From: Trichosphaerium sp. ATCC 40318
Taxonomy: Eukaryota; Protista; Tubulinea
NCBI GenBank assembly: GCA_038496445.1
Contig: JALMLS010000404.1
Location: forward strand, 135,470-199,469
DNA: 64,000 bases
Reading direction: 5' to 3'
The position numbers and the translations under genes are program-made. The notes under the pieces were generated by a model, which was not told where the DNA came from, ran no database searches, and saw only the letters and a program-made list of their open reading frames with translations. The number at the start of each line of letters is the position of its first letter. Within the stretch, counting starts at the first letter, position 1. Positions 60,201-64,000 of the stretch are shown one piece after another.

Positions 60201-61726
60201 ACTGAAGAATTAGTATGCTTTAAACGTGGCAAAACACGTTCGATTATACTCATTGCTTTTTTTGGGTCCTACAACAAATTGTGAGTTGATTATTCTTGCA
60301 TTTTAGTATAGGCAAAGTATATGCCAGTGCCTGGAAAGGAGCAATATTTATAACTGATGGACCAAGACTTTGAAAAGCAACAAACAATAAACGGGAAAAA
60401 AAAAAAAAAAGGGTAAAACAAAAGTTTGTTTGGAATTTTGCTTGATTGTGTGAGCTGTTCTATGCTTTAAACAGCAGATATGTACCTTTGGTAAATACTC
60501 AGCAAGTGCAGAAAGAAGGAAAAGTTGTCCCCATTCTGTACACTCTTCAAGAGCTGTCAAAAGCTTATTTTTGTTTTCTGATGTAATCTTAAAAATTGGT
60601 GTAGGAGACATTTGCTCGATTTCGCTTAATGCAGCGACTGTATTTGCTACTACCATCTAGAAACATATACTATCAGTACTGAAAAATGATAAATGCAACA
60701 CAATATAACAACACAGAGAGGAACTCGCAATTGTCAGATAAAAAAAATAGCGCAAAAAAAAAGTTGAATGAAAAATGTTTTCGAAAAGAAAACGGGTTGT
60801 ACAGGGTTTGAATCGTTTAATAAACCTGTTAACAGCTCAATACATCCCTAATATAATTAATACAACCATTATATCACACTTTAAAGATGATAAGCAGCCG
60901 ACAAATGACAAAAACCGCCAAACAATAACTTAAAAAAAATTTCCACGTTTTTTTTGCCTCCAAAAATAAAAAATGTCTCATTTGACGTTTGAATAATTAC
61001 CTCTGTTGTAACTTTGGTTGGTTGCAATCTGTATAATTTTGAAACACACGCAGCTGCAGTTTTAAGAACATACGCTTCTCTGTCCTAGATATTCTGTTAA
61101 CGGACCTAATAACGCAAATGGAGCAACATGGCGACATGTCTGCCAGAAAAAAGCATTTACCTTCAATGCTGTCTTTAAAGCCTTGAAAACATCATTTTGA
61201 TGAGCTGAACTTGTAACACAGCTTAAACAGCGTAACGAGAAGGCACGTATAACTGGATTTGGGTCATGTAGATCCTAAATGATTTAATACGCGTCAATGA
61301 GATTTATGTACCTCCTGGAAGTGTTTTGCGCCATCATTGAAACGGTCTGGGTAGATTTTGGAGTAATTAATGGCATACAAGTACACAAGTTTTTTAACTT
61401 CAACGCTCGTTGTTTGTCGCTTGCAATTAATAACGTCTTCGAACCTGTAAGGGAGATTTGTATTAAAAATCGGCAAAATAAAAAATATGAAGCGCTTACA
61501 CTGCTGAGACGTCTTTACCTACTGTTAAGTAGTGTATGGCCCTTTTTATAGCTACTTTTCGTCTATCATCTTTAGGATTGCGAAGTTCTTCTAGCAAGTC
61601 CGGTATATCACCTACAATACTAATAAACTCTCAATACAAACCGTTTTAGCGTTAATTCACACCTCGCTTAGTATTTTGGAAATACACTCGGGGAATGGAT
61701 TGGCTAGCCTTGCTTATGGCCTTCAT
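57223..61726 (-). CDS. AP-1/AP-2 complex beta subunit (beta-adaptin), divergent
   Basis: [104 protein letters not shown] ear domain. Confidence 0.92.
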
Positions 61727-62507
61727 CCTTTTTTTGACGCAATAGCAAAAGTCAGGCTGTTGGAATTTGCCTGTCAAATGTTTTAATTAGATTCGACCAA
61801 ATCAAGGTTTGATGGCGATGTTTTTGTGATAACGGGACGCCTAGTTTTTAGAGATGGATTGTTTAATATTTATCAACCAAGAATTGTTGTGAATTCGTAA
61901 TAGCAATGCGCACGTGATTATAAATACCGTAGCTGTCATTATTTTTAGTGCTTTTTTATTTACAGGAGCGCTTATCTCTGAACTTGTAGTGAAAAGAAAG
62001 GCTGGCTTGAAGGAACTATATCAACATGAAACGGATGCAAATTCTCAAGCTGTAGCGTGTGAAAGAACTAAGTGCAAAAGAGCAACATTGAGATGCGTCA
62101 CTAAAGGAGTCAAATATATGAACCACAAAATATGAGGCGAAAAGGCAAGAACAAGCTCTCCTCCATATGAAAGAATATAGGCTGAAGAAAAGCTTAATCA
62201 TTCCATAGGCACAGAGGTAAAGAAGAATCCGCCAGAGTTGAAAAGGAAGAAAAGTAACCAACGTAGTGGTCGCCCATGTCTATCTCGACGAGACTTAATG
62301 TGATAATGAAGCTACCCTACCCAATCAGCGAAACATTGCGTTTGTTCTTGTAGACCTAAATATAAATCATAAACGGTTTCTAAAGTTGCTGGATACAGCC
62401 AACACTGAAACTGAAGCCTAAATGAAAACAAAAACGAACAGTTTAGGTGAACTTTTTTTTTATTATTAATACACTTAGTTTTTATGGTCTTCTCCTTTGA
62501 GCTTCTC

Positions 62508-64000
62508 TTAAAATTCAGAGAGGACAGACTCTATTTCGCTACCAGCTACTGATATATTATCTCCTCCAAGGTACATACTCGTCAGTTCGCTTAAGTCGCA
62601 AGTTGAAAGAGATTTTTTGTGACCACTCCATGATACAACGTGATGTTGATTTGCAAAGTTTAAAGCATCGTCTTGTATTATCATTTTCAATGCATTTTGT
62701 GTTGCTCTCATTACTTTAGAGTGATCTTTATGTAATGCATCAATAACTACTTCTCTCCTCGCATTCTTAAATCCGAGAACTTCTGCAAAGAAACCTATGA
62801 AAATTATGCGAAATGTATCTTACAGTTTTGAACGTTGAACTTTAGCTCAAAAGCACTTTGGGAATCTTGGTTATGCGGAAATGTTTTTTTAACAATGTAA
62901 GAAACCTGATTAATCAAAATAGTGATGGTGTGCATAATTTTAGTTGAGGATTTGTTGTTGGAATCCCGTTCAAAAAACTTGATTTTGTGTTGACTTACCA
63001 ATTCTTGTGTCAAATTTCGAAAGGGGATCTAGCTGTCCTGCCGCAATTACAAGTAATAAAACTGAATCATATATAGATCTTAACTTTGATAACCAAGCAG
63101 CAACACTTAATCGACCAACAACAAATTTCGCTAATGAACCACCAACGGAAGGGTAACCTGTTTAAAAAATATAAGTAAACAATGCTAAGAAATCGTTCGT
63201 TTCTCTTCCGTACCATGCATTGACACACCTTCTTTGACTGATGGCATAATACGATCAAGAATAAGACCACATATCTTTTGATTCTTACAAGCAGCTTTAT
63301 ACGCTGTAAAAGAAGCCACAGGACCACCAAGAGAGTAACCGTGTATGATTATATCTTTTGGTTTAAAAAACAAACTCTTGTTTCCTTTCTTTTTTTTCAC
63401 AGTGTTAAGAGCACAGTTGTACATTGCAATACCATCAGAAAGTAAATTATTCTCTTTAAGCTTAGATATACCTATAACAATAAATAAGTCAATATGTAAC
63501 AAAAACCATGACAGAAGAGCTCTCATTACCTGATTCGTATTTTTTAGATTTTTTGGTGTAAACATACGAAGCAGATGTACTAGCTCCGAACCCTTGATAA
63601 TCTAAGGCTAAACACTGAATAAAATCGCGTTAGTGTATGCTAATTTATTTATGTTAATCACGTGTAAGTCACGTGTAAAATTAAATGTAAGTCAACTAGT
63701 TTGTGTTTAAAGTAAGTACCTTACACCCCATGATATATTTATTCTACTGCCATAGCAAGACAATACGATTCAGCTGTAGCACCAGACCCCGAATATAGTA
63801 CAACAAGCTTTCCATTAAACGTTGATACGTCTCTAGGCGAATACAAGCGGCCACGAAGAACACGATCACGTGCTGGCCATTCTACAACATGTACTGAAAC
63901 TGATATTTCTGGTACACAAGTATCCTGAAGGAGAAGGTAAGCATGAAACGCAAACAATGATTATTGAACAAAAAAGACTAGTTAAACTAAATTAAACCAC
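62508..64000 (-). CDS. Alpha/beta hydrolase resembling the MARTX-toxin ABH domain; 5' end lies outside the window
   Basis: KLVVLYSGSGATAE, CLALDYQGFGAS, IIIHGYSLGGPVA (GxSxG), GLILDRIMPS; spliced. Confidence 0.75.

Noticed and set aside
61813-62300. Small plus-strand ORFs between beta-adaptin and the hydrolase
   Set aside because: No consistent spliced frame or ATG start could be built.
1-64000. tRNA, rRNA or snRNA genes
   Set aside because: None recognised by eye; a tRNAscan-SE/Infernal run would be needed to exclude them.

Overview
AT-rich eukaryotic DNA with many short introns. The gene content (formin, beta-adaptin, PARP3-like, RRM protein, talin-F0-like protein) fits a free-living protist, probably amoeboid; the species cannot be named from this sequence. 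The ORF track fragments most genes, so I rebuilt gene models by hand from GT/GC-AG splice sites. Housekeeping genes alternate with a fast-evolving accessory compartment holding about 13 F-box or F-box-like genes. Five are F-box-like + MORN-variant repeat genes (plus decayed MORN fragments); the rest pair an F-box with SPRY, ParB/Srx-like, alpha/beta or Ig-like domains. Most lie in inverted segmental duplications that form a rearranged ~35-kb quasi-palindrome (19.4-29.3 kb versus 43.4-54.4 kb). In two paralogue pairs the F-box is almost invariant while the putative substrate-binding part is patchily hyper-diverged, which suggests a diversifying SCF-adaptor (intracellular defence-like) locus; that function is inference. 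Also present: an inverted pair of ~20-intron bacterial-type PL8 lyases diverged near the catalytic cleft, a secreted clan GH-A hydrolase, a MARTX-ABH-like hydrolase, an intact 10-intron Mutator-type transposon with an 8-bp TSD confirmed by an empty site in this window, MITE-like elements, several GC-AG introns and a strong excess of CACGTG.
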